Shown: positions 1 to 10,405 of the stretch, piece after piece
How positions within the stretch are numbered: position 1 is the stretch's first letter
Layout: the number at the start of each line of letters is the position of its first letter
Notes under the pieces: generated by a model
Told to the model about the DNA's origin: nothing
Database searches by the model: none
The model's input: only the letters and a program-made list of their open reading frames with translations
Translations under genes and position numbers: made by a program
DNA from: an uncultured Gemmatimonadales bacterium
Lineage (GTDB): Bacteria > Gemmatimonadota > Gemmatimonadetes > Longimicrobiales > RSA9
DNA length: 64,000 nucleotides
Reading direction: 5' to 3'
NCBI GenBank assembly: GCA_963798085.1
Contig: CAWCRS010000008.1
Coordinates: 64,001 to 128,000 of the forward strand

Positions 1-1674
1 GCGCACAGCAAGACGGACGGGCTGAGTGGCTACAGGCGGCCGGTGCACAAACCGCACGGCGCCGCCAAACTGCCTGTTATGCCGGAGCCGCCGGACCAGG
101 AATTCGATGTCGTGATCGCGGGGTCGGGGCCGGCCGGCACCCTGCTCGCCGCCCGCCTCGCGGCCGCGGACAGGTCCGTGCTGCTGCTCGAGGCCGGACC
201 CTACATCCCCGAGAAGGAAATGGGGCCGGACGAGCTGGAGAGCATCGCGAAGCTGTACAAGGAAGCGGGCCTGCAGCGTGCCAACCAGCCGGAATCGATC
301 TTCGATCAGCCCGGTCCTTCGTTCTTCGTATTGCAGGGACAGTGCGTGGGTGGCGGCGGCATTGTCAACAACGCGGTGTGCTTCCAGCTGCCGGCGCACA
401 AGCTGCTGCAGTGGCAGGCGGTGGGTTTCCCCATCGCGGAAGTGGACCTGCGCAGCGCGTACCGTCGCGTGGCCATGGAGCTGCCCATCATTCCCATCGG
501 CGAGTCGACGCCGCTGCTCAATCCGGCCGGTCCGTTCCTGGAGAAACAGTTCGGCCCCATACGCAAGCCGTCGGTCGAGGATCCGCCCGAGACCGGGCTG
601 TTCGAGTGCCTGGTCAATCTCGAGCGGCGCACCAGTGCCGACGACAGCACCGGCTGCATTGGATCGGGGCTCTGCAATGTGGGCTGCGGCTCGGAGCGCA
701 AGCGCAACGGCGTGCAGGTATACCTGCCGACCGCGGTTGCTAACGGTTGTGTTATCGTGCCCGATGCGCGCGTCACGGAAGTGAAGCTGGCGGCGGCTGT
801 GCCGGGCGGGCCGCGCCGCGCCACGGGCGTGGTGGCGCGGCTCAGGGATGGGCGTACCGTGACGGTGCGCGCCCGCCAGGTGATCCTGGCCGCAGGTCCG
901 ATCGGCAGCACGGAGATCCTGCTGCGCTCGCGCGATCTCGAGGACCCCATCCGCACGCTGCGCCTGCCCGTGGGCAGCCGCTTCTCCGCCAACATCGGAT
1001 CACCCCTGTTCGCCTTCATGCCCAATGCCGTCGAGCTGCCACCCGGCGTGCAGATCGCGCACTACTACATGCCGCCCGGCGCCGACGACGGATTCGTCGT
1101 GGAGACCTGGTACAACCCGCCGGGCGCCAACGCGCTGGCCACGCCCGGCTACATGCAGGAGCACTTCGATCGCATGAAGCAGTACACATCGACCATCGCG
1201 GCGGCGCCACTGGTGGGCACCCGGGCGCGCGGTCAGGTCAAGCTGCAGAACGGCAGGGTCGCCGTGCGCCTGCCCGTGGACGGCCGCGAAGTCGAGCGCG
1301 TGGCCGCAGGCCTATGCACGCTGGGCAAGGCGTTCCTCAAGGGCGGCGCGCGATCCGTGCTGGCAGGATTCGAGGGCGGACGCACGCTGAAGAACGAGGC
1401 CGATGCTGACAAGTTGCAGAAGGACCTGGTAGCCGTGGCGAACAATCGCGACCGGCTGCACCAGCTCCAGGTGGGTACAGGCCATCCGCAGGGCGGCAAT
1501 CCCATGAGCGACGACCCCCGCATCGGCGTGCTCGACGCCGCCTTCCGCGTGCGCGGCATCGACAATCTGCGCGTCTGCAATGGCAGCATATTCCCGGATA
1601 GCGCGGGCGTGAACCCGCAGTGGACCATCATGGCGCTGGCCGACTGCTGCGCCCAGGCCGTATTGCGTTCCTGA
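1..1674 (+). CDS. GMC family oxidoreductase (5'-truncated by window edge)
   Basis: Frame open from base 1; FAD motif DVVIAGSGPAG..LLLEAG, GQCVGGGGIVN, C-terminal GHPQGG and GSIFPDSAGVNPQWTIMALA. Confidence 0.9.
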   Translation, partial: AHSKTDGLSGYRRPVHKPHGAAKLPVMPEPPDQEFDVVIAGSGPAGTLLAARLAAADRSVLLLEAGPYIPEKEMGPDELESIAKLYKEAGLQRANQPESIFDQPGPSFFVLQGQCVGGGGIVNNAVCFQLPAHKLLQWQAVGFPIAEVDLRSAYRRVAMELPIIPIGESTPLLNPAGPFLEKQFGPIRKPSVEDPPETGLFECLVNLERRTSADDSTGCIGSGLCNVGCGSERKRNGVQVYLPTAVANGCVIVPDARVTEVKLAAAVPGGPRRATGVVARLRDGRTVTVRARQVILAAGPIGSTEILLRSRDLEDPIRTLRLPVGSRFSANIGSPLFAFMPNAVELPPGVQIAHYYMPPGADDGFVVETWYNPPGANALATPGYMQEHFDRMKQYTSTIAAAPLVGTRARGQVKLQNGRVAVRLPVDGREVERVAAGLCTLGKAFLKGGARSVLAGFEGGRTLKNEADADKLQKDLVAVANNRDRLHQLQVGTGHPQGGNPMSDDPRIGVLDAAFRVRGIDNLRVCNGSIFPDSAGVNPQWTIMALADCCAQAVLRS

Positions 1675-1854
1675 ACCGGTACACCGCGCCGGCACTGAAT
1701 CGCGGCGGCCGCAGGGTCGCTGCCATACCGTTCATTCCTGCCATTCGCCCCCGTAAAACATTGATTCACCCCACAACGCGCGCTCGAAGTGCGTGCTCCT
1801 GATTAGAGATAGAAGCGTCACCCCTAGATTGTTCACCCCGCAACGGAGCGGCGC

Positions 1855-2670
1855 GTGTCTTTGCTCAAGCGTAACCTGCGCACTCTGATCGTGGACAATG
1901 AAGCGCCCGCGCGCGAGAGCATCCGCGAGCGGCTGCGCGAGCTTCCCGGTTTCGAAGTCGTGGGCGAAAGTGCCAATGCGCTGGCCGCCATTCGCGACGT
2001 GCTGGCCCTGCGACCCAATGTGGTCTTCCTCGACATCCAGCTGCCTCGCCTGGACGGCTTCAATGTGCTCGAGGCGGTGGCCCGCCAGCACGCGCCGCTG
2101 GTGGTGTTCGTGACTGCATGGGAGGAACTCGCCGTGCGCGCCTTCGAGGCGCACGCCATCGACTATCTGCTCAAGCCCTTCTCGCGCGAGCGCTTTCTGC
2201 AGGCGGCGGAGCGCGTGCGCTCGGCCGCGCTCAACAGCGCACTGCTTGCCGCGCACCACCGCGCCACGGCCACGCTCCTGGACAGTCGCGCGGGCGCTTC
2301 GCCCAGGGAAAGCCGGCTGGCGCTGCGTGACGCGCGCGGCTTCCGCTTCGTCTTCCTTTCCGACATCGAGTGGATCGAATCGGCCGACAACTACGTGCGC
2401 ATCCACGCGCACGGCGGCAACTACCTTGAGCGGCAGACCCTGAACGAACTCGAGGCGACGCTGGACCCCGAACGTTTTCTGCGCGTACACCGCCGCTTCC
2501 TCGTGAACGTCCAGCACGTGGACCGCGTGCTGCCGGGCAGCAATGGCGGCTGTGCCGTGCGCATGAAGGATGGCACCATGCTGCGCATGAGCCGGTACCG
2601 CCGGCCCGTGCTGCTCAGCCGGCTGGCCGACATCGGCACACCGCCCGCGCAGCAGGAAGAAAGCGCCTGA
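1855..2670 (+). CDS. LytTR family response regulator
   Basis: Receiver domain (IVDNE, FLDIQLP, FVTAW, DYLLKP) plus LytTR (IEWIESADNYVRIH, FLRVHRRFLVN). Confidence 0.92.
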   Translation: MSLLKRNLRTLIVDNEAPARESIRERLRELPGFEVVGESANALAAIRDVLALRPNVVFLDIQLPRLDGFNVLEAVARQHAPLVVFVTAWEELAVRAFEAHAIDYLLKPFSRERFLQAAERVRSAALNSALLAAHHRATATLLDSRAGASPRESRLALRDARGFRFVFLSDIEWIESADNYVRIHAHGGNYLERQTLNELEATLDPERFLRVHRRFLVNVQHVDRVLPGSNGGCAVRMKDGTMLRMSRYRRPVLLSRLADIGTPPAQQEESA

Positions 2671-2697
2671 AGCGCAGGTAACGGTTACGCGCGTCGC

Positions 2698-4098
2698 TCA
2701 GCGCAGGGCGGGTCGCAGATCGAGCGGGATGTCCACTGGCGGCGCGTCGTGCCAGGTGATGCGCACGACCACCTGCTCCGTGCCGGGCGGCACCTCGAAG
2801 ATCACGCGGTCGCGGTCGGAACTGCCCTTCCGCACATCCTCCGACACACTGACGAAGGGTTCACGCGTTTCGCCGTCGACGACAAGGCGGAACGGCTCGG
2901 GCCCGAAATGCAGCACGCCGTCACTGTGGTTGGCGAAATCGAACCACACGAAGACCTGCAGCAGGTTGGCGAAGCGGCGCACCACGTAGCGCCGGGGCGT
3001 AATGGTAACGTCGCTGTTCTGGAACGCGGGGTTGTCCGTCGCGACGGGCAGTTCCACCGTTACGGCGCGCGAGAGCGCATCGCCCGGATCCGCGGTGTCA
3101 GCGGGCGTCACCGGTGCGCCGGGTGTCAGGTCGAGCGGCAGCTCCGCCGTCTTCCCGCCACTGCGTACGCGCAGCGTTGCGCTGCTCGCCGAGCCGGGTA
3201 CCTCGAACAGCACTTCGCCCTGCTCGATGGACATGGCCGGGACCATCCGTCCAATGGGATCGACCGGCGCATACTCGCGGTTGCCAATGAGGAGGCGAAA
3301 GGAATCGTCGCCGGTGGCGGCGCCGCTCTCACCCTCGTTCACGAAGCGCATGCGCAGCCGCAGCGTGCGCACGCGGCCGTGCCGCGCGAGACTGCCCCAG
3401 AGCAGCGTGTAGACTTCACGACCCAGCACCATCTCGGACACGTGCGGCACCGCGATGCGCAGTGCCGCGCCGCTGGCACCGCGCGCGCTGGCGCCTCCGC
3501 CCGGACGCGTCAGCCGCGGTACCAGCAGTGCCACGGCGAGGAGCGCAGCGCCCATGGCGGCCCACACGAGCAGCGGCACACCCCGGCGGTGCGCCACGCC
3601 GGCGACCGCTGTTGCGCCTGCGCCGGCAGGTGTGGTGCCGAGAATCTTGTGGATGGCGGCGGCCAGCCGGTCGACATCGCCGTCCCATGATTCATCGCGC
3701 AGCGTGATGGCTTCGCGCCGCACCAGCGCGCGCATGTCTTCCGGCAGCTGCTCCTCCGCCGGCATGCCTGCGCCTTCCGTCAGCACCGGGATGACCACGA
3801 CGTTGTCGCGCGCGAGTGCCACCGCCACCTCGCGGCGCACGTAGTCGCCCGGCTGCTGCAGCCGCAGCGTGCCGCTGCGGTCGCGGGCCTCGAGCCAGTC
3901 CCTGCCTATGAGCGTGAGGAACACACGACAGGCGTGCACGCGTTCGTCGATTGTGGCGACGAAGTCCTGTCCCGGCTCCAGCGTGTCCACATCGCGGAAT
4001 ACTTCGCCCCGGCCCACGCGCTCCTCGAGTGAATCGCGGAGCCGGCCGGCGTATCCCGCCGAGTCGTCACGCCGGTAACTGAGGAAGATGCCAGGCAC
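2698..4098 (-). CDS. TIR_2 domain protein with TM helix and two C-terminal Ig-like (DUF4352-like) repeats
   Basis: IFLSYRRDDS..FRDVDTLEPGQDF..DYVRREVAVAL..VIPVL; hydrophobic VPLLVWAAMGAALLAVALLVP; two repeats each with FRL..FEVP..PLDL; GTG start at 4098 inferred. Confidence 0.85.
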   Translation of the reverse strand: MPGIFLSYRRDDSAGYAGRLRDSLEERVGRGEVFRDVDTLEPGQDFVATIDERVHACRVFLTLIGRDWLEARDRSGTLRLQQPGDYVRREVAVALARDNVVVIPVLTEGAGMPAEEQLPEDMRALVRREAITLRDESWDGDVDRLAAAIHKILGTTPAGAGATAVAGVAHRRGVPLLVWAAMGAALLAVALLVPRLTRPGGGASARGASGAALRIAVPHVSEMVLGREVYTLLWGSLARHGRVRTLRLRMRFVNEGESGAATGDDSFRLLIGNREYAPVDPIGRMVPAMSIEQGEVLFEVPGSASSATLRVRSGGKTAELPLDLTPGAPVTPADTADPGDALSRAVTVELPVATDNPAFQNSDVTITPRRYVVRRFANLLQVFVWFDFANHSDGVLHFGPEPFRLVVDGETREPFVSVSEDVRKGSSDRDRVIFEVPPGTEQVVVRITWHDAPPVDIPLDLRPALR

Positions 4099-4156
4099 GA
4101 AACGCAATATATTCCGTCGCCATGGTGACTGAAAGCATCGCACATGGGAAGGGGCC

Positions 4157-5149
4157 ATGAAGTTCACGACACTCGGCAGCAGCGGACTCTCCGTATCGCG
4201 GCTCTGCCTGGGCTGCATGACCTATGGCACACCCGAATGGCGAGCCTGGGTGCTGGATGAGGCCAGCGCGCGACCGTTCTTCCGGCAGGCCGTGGAAGCG
4301 GGCATCAACTTCTTCGACACCGCCGACATGTACTCGCTCGGCGTTAGTGAGGAAGTCACGGGCCGCGCGCTGCGCGATTTCGCGAACCGTGAAGAGATCG
4401 TGATCGCGACCAAGGTCAACTTCGCCATGTCGCGCGGTCCCAACATGGGTGGCCTCTCGCGCAAGCACGTGCTGCAGGCGTGCGAGGCAAGCCTGCGCCG
4501 TCTCGGCATCGAGACCATCGACCTGTATCAGATCCATCGCTTCGATCCGGCCGTGCCTATCGAGGAGACGCTCGAGGCGCTCAACGATCTCGTGCGCGGC
4601 GGCAAGGTGCGCTACATCGGCGCCAGCTCGGGTCCGGCCTGGCGCATGGCCCAGGCACTTTCCACCGCGGAACGCAATGGCTGGGCGCGCTTCATCTCCA
4701 TGCAGAATCACTACAACCTCGTGTACCGCGAAGAAGAGCGGGAAATGGTGCCGCTCTGCCTGCAGGCGGGTGTGGGCCTGATCCCGTGGAGTCCGCTGGC
4801 CCGCGGCATGCTGGCGCGGCCCCGGCCCGACGATTCGCAGGTGAAGAGCGGTGGCACCACGCGCGCCGACAGCGACACCTACTCGCCCATGCTCTACGAC
4901 AGCCCCGGCGACTGGGAGGTGGTGGATGCGGTGCAGCAGGTGGCCGCGAAACGCGGTGTTAGCATGGCCGAAGTCGCCCTGGCATGGCTGCTGGCCCGGC
5001 CCGGTGTGGTCGCTCCCATCATCGGCGCCTCCAGGCCCGGACACCTGGAGGCGGCGCTGGGCGCGCTCGACATCGAGCTGACCGCCGAAGAACGCAGCGC
5101 GCTCGAGGCGCCCTACCGGCCGCACGCCGTGAAGGGCCACACGTCGTAG
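4157..5149 (+). CDS. Aldo/keto reductase
   Basis: VSRLCLGCMTYG, FFDTADMYS, ATKV, IDLYQIHRFD, GKVRYIGAS, PWSPLARG. Confidence 0.95.
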   Translation: MKFTTLGSSGLSVSRLCLGCMTYGTPEWRAWVLDEASARPFFRQAVEAGINFFDTADMYSLGVSEEVTGRALRDFANREEIVIATKVNFAMSRGPNMGGLSRKHVLQACEASLRRLGIETIDLYQIHRFDPAVPIEETLEALNDLVRGGKVRYIGASSGPAWRMAQALSTAERNGWARFISMQNHYNLVYREEEREMVPLCLQAGVGLIPWSPLARGMLARPRPDDSQVKSGGTTRADSDTYSPMLYDSPGDWEVVDAVQQVAAKRGVSMAEVALAWLLARPGVVAPIIGASRPGHLEAALGALDIELTAEERSALEAPYRPHAVKGHTS

Positions 5150-5207
5150 CGCAGCGCCTTCGAGGCGCAGCTCACGTGCGGACGGCGGCGGCCGGCCGCG
5201 CCGCCGC

Positions 5208-7287
5208 TCAGGTGCTCGGCTTGAGCCAGCGCTCGAACCAGTGCAGCTCGTGCAGCATGCGGTGCACGTTGTTCCAGTTGCCGCGGATGCCGTGCGGCTG
5301 GCCCGCGTACTGGATCATTTCCGCCGGCACGCCGTTCTTCTTGAGCGCCGTGTACATCTGTTCGCCCTCCTCGTACGGCACGCGCTGATCCACTTCGCCG
5401 TGAATGAAGAGCGTGGGCGTGCGCACGCGCCCCGCATACGTCAGCGGCGACTGCCGGATCATGACGGCTCTGGCCCGCTCATCCCAGGGGTGGCCGTAGA
5501 ATTCCGTCTCCTTGGTGCGCGCGATGTCGGCGGTGCCGTAATCGCTCAGCCAGTTGGTAATGCCCGCCCCCGTGATCGCGGCCGCGAAGCGATCCGGATA
5601 CTGCGTGATCAGCCAGTTGCTCATGAAGCCGCCGTACGAGTGGCCGATGTGGCCCACGCGATGGGCATCGACCGGGTAGCTGGCAATGACGTAGTCAATG
5701 CCGGCGATCACGTCCTCGCCGTCCTTGTCGCCCCAGGCCCCCCATGTGGCCCAGAGAAAATCATCGCCGTACCCGGTCGAGCTGCGGAAGTTGGTCTGCA
5801 GCACGAAATAGCCGTGCGCCGCGAAGTAGTGCAGCTTGAAGTCGAAGTCATAGCCCGAGGCCGCATGGGGCCCGCCGTGGCTGCTGACGATCGAGCGGAT
5901 ACGGCCCGCCGTCCGGCCGGTAGCCGTACGGAAACAGCAGGAAGCCCTCGATGGGCGTGCCGTCGCGGCTCTGATAACGAACTGTTTGAGCCCGGCTCAG
6001 CCGCACCTCGGCGAGGAAGGGATCGTGCACGTGCGTGACCTGGTGCTCGCCCGTGCCGTCGATGTTCGACACGCGGATTTCCGCGGGCGCATCGAGCAGG
6101 CCGACGGTGTAGGCCATGTGCTGCAGCGAGCGATCGAAGCTGATGCCGCCCAGGCGCCGCTCGCCTTTCGTCACCTGCTGCACTTCGCCGCCGCTGCCGG
6201 CCACGCGAAACAGGTGCCGTCCACCGCCCGTCTCCGCCGTGAAGTAGATCCAGCGCCCATCCGGGCTCCACGTGGGCGCGCCCGCCTGCAGCTTCCACTG
6301 CGCCGTCAGATTGACGGCCGCTCCGCCCGTGGCAGGCATCACGTACAGGTCGGTGGGCCCGCCGTTGTCCAGCTTGTTGCGAATGATGTAATCGCTGCCC
6401 CAGCTGCGCACGAAGGCGATGTTCCTGCCATCGGGTGAGAAGCGCGGACTGCGGTTGTCGATGCCATAATCGTCTGTCAGGCGGGTGAGCGTTCCCGTAG
6501 TCGTGACCTGCCAGACATCGCTCTGCCCGTAGCGGCTCTCATCGCGGTAGGACGAGTCGGCCGTGAATACCAGCGAGCGCCCGTCCGGCGACCATGAAAC
6601 GTCGCGCGGCTGCAGGCCCAGCCGCGTCAGCGGCCTGGCATCGCCACCAGCCGCTGGCTCCAGCACGATCTCGCTCGCCGGATTGGCCACGGGATCCCGC
6701 GGATCCGGCACGGGGAAGGGACCACCGTCGCGCTGAAACCCGAGCCAGTCGAACGTCACACCCTTGAAGCGCTCCTCATGGCGCTGTTCGAACTCGCTCA
6801 TGGCCGCCGGCTCCGGCCGTTGCGCGCGCGTTGCCCGCACGATCGCGCGCCACTGCCCGTCCGGACTCAGCTCGCCCGACTCCCGCGCCGGCGCCGCCTC
6901 GGGCGAGGCGTCCCGGTGCGCCGGGTCGATGACGAATGCCGCCGGTCCCACCACGTAGCGCAGTCGCCCATCCGCCAGCCACGCAGGCGACGACGCATTC
7001 TCCGCCGCGCGACTGACTCGCCAGGCCGGCGTGGCGCCATCCGCCGCCACCAGCCACACGCCCGACGCATCGCTGTTCGTTTCCTCGACATGCTGCGTCA
7101 CCGTGAACGCAACCCACCGCCCGTCCGGCGACAACTGCGGCGAGCCCACCGTTTTCATGCGATAGTAGTCCTCGATCGCGAGCGCTCGGCCGCGCGCAGC
7201 CTGCTGTGCGTGCAGAGGCGGCGCAAAGCCCGCCGCCAGCCCCCACACCATCGACGCGCCCGCCAGAATCCCACGAGTACCACGCAT
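5208..7287 (-). CDS. S9 family (prolyl oligopeptidase/acylaminoacyl) peptidase; single-base frameshift near 5892
   Basis: Signal peptide, PD40-like SPDG repeats; removing one base gives PLIVSSHGGPH continuing to GHSYGG (Ser), DQRV (Asp), QPHG (His). Confidence 0.9.
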
Positions 7288-7706
7288 GAAAGCAAACACC
7301 AAACCCTCCCAGCTCCCTGTTCATTCGCACAGCATGGTCCCCAGTCTAGACCCCCTCGCCCACCCAAGCCAGCAATCCCGCCAAAGGAACGGCGCCCATC
7401 CCCCCGCGCACGCCCATCCGGCCCCCCGATCCTCTCCCTTCTCTCCGACAACCTCTGTGTGAAAACATCCGTTCGCCTGGAACCACCCCCGCGCCAGAGT
7501 AGCCGCACCGGAACACCCCCGCGTCAGAGGAACCGCCCACACAGCCGAGGTCCCCGGCGCTGCCCCCGACACCCTCCGCAGCCCCACCGGAAGCCTCAAC
7601 ACCAGACCCACTCAGCCCTCGCCCCGGCCCGCTCGCACCGCCCCAGCGTACTGCGCAGTCCAGCGCGATTGCCTCGTCGCAGGCCACCCGATTACGCTCA
7701 ACCCGA

Positions 7707-8795
7707 ATGACGCGTCATCGCGTGCTCCACTCGATACCGCTCCGGCTGCGGCCGCTGCTCCTCACATGGACCGCGGTCGCGGTCTTCTTTGCACTGCAGA
7801 ACGCGATCGGGGGAATCGCGCGCGGCCGCGGCATCGACTGGCAGTGGGATGTGATTCACGAGCTGATCTACTGGGGCCTCTGGGGTCTCGCGACACCCCT
7901 GATCGCGCGCCAGGCCGCCAGGTACTGGCTCGAGCCGGGGAGCGGCATCGGGCCCTGGCTCGCGCACGCGCTGTCCGCCGCGCTGCTCTCGCCCGCGCAG
8001 GTGTTCTGCACGTACGTACTCACGGGACTCGTGCGCGCCGCGACTACGCCACTGACACTGCGTGATGTGCCCGCGTGGGTCGCGGGGCTGCGCATGCCGG
8101 CAGCGATCATCGCCATCACCGGTTTCATCTACTACTGGATGATCCTCGCCGCGCTCTACGCGGTGGCGTATCGCTGGCTCTACCAGGCGCAGCGCCGCCA
8201 GACGGCGCGCGCGCAGCTGGACGCGTTGCGCGCGCAGCTGCACCCGCATTTCCTGTTCAATGCACTCAATTCGATTTCCGTGCTGACCGAGGAAGACCCG
8301 GCGCGCGCCAATCGCATGCTCATCCGTCTGAGCGACCTGCTGCGTACCGTGCTGCGCCGCAACGATGATCACGAGGTGCCGCTCGAGGAGGAGCTGGCGT
8401 TCCTGCGCAGTTATCTCGAGATCCAGCGGCTGCGGTTCGAGGAGCGCCTGACTGTGAACATTGATGTAGACGACGAGGCTCGTACCGCCTTCGTGCCCGT
8501 GATGGTGCTGCAGCCGCTCGTCGAGAATGCCGTGCGCTACGCGGTGGAGCCGCAGCGCGAAGGCGGGCGGGTGAGTGTGCGTGCCCGTCGTGTCGCGGAG
8601 CAGCTGCTTCTCGAGGTGTGCGACGATGGCCCGGGTCTGGGTTCGGAGCGCGAACACCACAGCGGCATTGGCCTGGCCAACACGCGCGCACGGCTCGAGG
8701 GGCTGTATGGCGCCGCGCAGGAGCTGCGGCTCGAGGCCGCCAAGGGTGGCGGCCTGGCGGTGCGCATCCGCATTCCCTGGCGCACGAAGGCGTGA
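7707..8795 (+). CDS. LytS/YehU-type sensor histidine kinase
   Basis: N-terminal TM helices; LRAQLHPHFLFNALN, LQPLVENAVRY, DDGPG, GIGLANTRARL. Confidence 0.93.
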   Translation: MTRHRVLHSIPLRLRPLLLTWTAVAVFFALQNAIGGIARGRGIDWQWDVIHELIYWGLWGLATPLIARQAARYWLEPGSGIGPWLAHALSAALLSPAQVFCTYVLTGLVRAATTPLTLRDVPAWVAGLRMPAAIIAITGFIYYWMILAALYAVAYRWLYQAQRRQTARAQLDALRAQLHPHFLFNALNSISVLTEEDPARANRMLIRLSDLLRTVLRRNDDHEVPLEEELAFLRSYLEIQRLRFEERLTVNIDVDDEARTAFVPVMVLQPLVENAVRYAVEPQREGGRVSVRARRVAEQLLLEVCDDGPGLGSEREHHSGIGLANTRARLEGLYGAAQELRLEAAKGGGLAVRIRIPWRTKA

Positions 8796-8798
8796 GCG

Positions 8799-9578
8799 AT
8801 GCGCGTGCTCATTGTCGATGACGAGCGGCTGGCCAGGGCCGGCATCCGGCAGCACCTGCGGCGCATGCCCGATGTACAGGTGGTCGCGGAATGTGCGAGT
8901 GGCGACGAAGCCGTGCGCGCCATCGACGAGCATCATCCGGACCTGGTGTTCCTCGACGTGCAGATGCCAGGGCTGGATGGCTTCCAGGTCATCGAGCGCG
9001 TGGGCGTGGATCGCATGCCGGCCGTGATCTTCGTCACCGCGTGGGATGACTATGCCGTGCGCGCCTTCGAAGCCGATGCGGTGGACTACCTGCTGAAGCC
9101 ATTCGATGACGAGCGTTTTCGCGATGCCTTCGCGCGCGCATCGCGGCGCATCGAGCTGGAGCAGTCGGGCCGGCTGTCGGCCCGGCTGGAGTCGCTGCTG
9201 GAGCGACTCGAGCGCCCCCTCATTGCCGACACCAGTCACAACGCCGACCGCATTCCCGTGACGCGTGGCGGTCGCATCGTGTTCCTCTCGCCTGCGGACA
9301 TCGAATGGATCGAGGCCGCCGGCAACTATGCCCGCCTGCATGTGCGCAATGAGACGCACCTTGTGCGCAACAGCCTGGAAACCATGGAGCGGCGACTGGC
9401 GCCGCGTTTCCTGCGCGTGCGCCGCTCCGCGCTCGTGAACCGCGAAGCCATCGAATCGGTCGAGCCGTACGCGAAGGGCAGCTGGCTGCTCCGCCTGCGC
9501 GCCGGCGCGGCCGTGCGCACCAGTCGCCACTACCGTGCGAATATCGCGCCACTGCTGGGCGGCCGCGGTTCCGCCTGA
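8799..9578 (+). CDS. LytTR family response regulator (cognate of upstream kinase)
   Basis: IVDDE, FLDVQMP, DYLLKPF, IEWIEAAGNYARLH; 3 bp after the kinase stop. Confidence 0.94.
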   Translation: MRVLIVDDERLARAGIRQHLRRMPDVQVVAECASGDEAVRAIDEHHPDLVFLDVQMPGLDGFQVIERVGVDRMPAVIFVTAWDDYAVRAFEADAVDYLLKPFDDERFRDAFARASRRIELEQSGRLSARLESLLERLERPLIADTSHNADRIPVTRGGRIVFLSPADIEWIEAAGNYARLHVRNETHLVRNSLETMERRLAPRFLRVRRSALVNREAIESVEPYAKGSWLLRLRAGAAVRTSRHYRANIAPLLGGRGSA

Positions 9579-9699
9579 GCGCGGTTGCACGAGCAGAGGA
9601 ACGTCCCGGCCTCGCACCGGCACCACTCGCACCGCGCGCATTTGCCGCTACCGGACCCGACTGTTAGGCTGCGCCGTCCAATAACGAACGGAGGGTGCA

Positions 9700-10185
9700 A
9701 TGCGACGTGTCGCACACATTCTGCCCGCGGCCCTGGCCACACTGCTCCTTGCCGGCGTCCATCCGGCCAGCGCCCAGAGCGCCGCGGATTCCGCTGCCAT
9801 TCGCGCGACTGCGCTCGATTACATCGAGGGCTTCTTCACCGGTGATGCCACCCGCATGGAGCACGCGCTGCATCCGCACCTGGCCAAGCGGCAGGTCATG
9901 ACGAGCCCGCAGGGCTGGAGCAATCTGGGCGACATGACCGCACTGGACCTGATCCAGGCCACGGCGAGGGGCGGCGGCAAGAACATTCCCGCGAACCAGA
10001 AGAAGACCGACGTCACCATCCTCGACATCTTCCAGAACATTGCCATGGCGAAGATCGATGCCGGCGTATGGATGGACTATCTGCAGCTCGTGAAGTGGAA
10101 CGGGAAGTGGGTGATCATGAACGTGGTGTGGGATCCGCGCGCTCGCGGCGATGGCCCGGCGCCAGCCGGCCGCGAGCAGCCGTAG
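9700..10185 (+). CDS. Secreted NTF2-like (lumazine-binding family) protein
   Basis: Signal peptide ..PASA/Q; DYIEG..ALHPHL..DYLQLVKWNGKWVIMNVVW; RBS GGAGG. Confidence 0.8.
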   Translation: MRRVAHILPAALATLLLAGVHPASAQSAADSAAIRATALDYIEGFFTGDATRMEHALHPHLAKRQVMTSPQGWSNLGDMTALDLIQATARGGGKNIPANQKKTDVTILDIFQNIAMAKIDAGVWMDYLQLVKWNGKWVIMNVVWDPRARGDGPAPAGREQP

Positions 10186-10405
10186 TCGAGCCTCCCCGCA
10201 GTCGTATCGTCGAACAGCGGCCGGACGCGAGCGGGGCGGTCGAACCGGATCCCCCGCCCGCGCCGCCGCCGCGCACGCTGCGTTACATTGCTGCATGGCG
10301 ACGCGTTTCACCACGGCGGTTGCCGACACGACCGCCGAGCCCCAAGTTGCGTTGTTCTGGCCATGAGCATGGGCGACGGTACGGAGATACCTCAAATAGA
10401 CAGGC

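Noticed and set aside
10290..10405. Fluoride riboswitch / CLC-F fluoride exporter
   Set aside because: GGCGACGCGTTTCACC only loosely resembles the motif and lacks the downstream GCTGATGAC element; the ClC has GHGIP/GAEGP rather than CLC-F signatures
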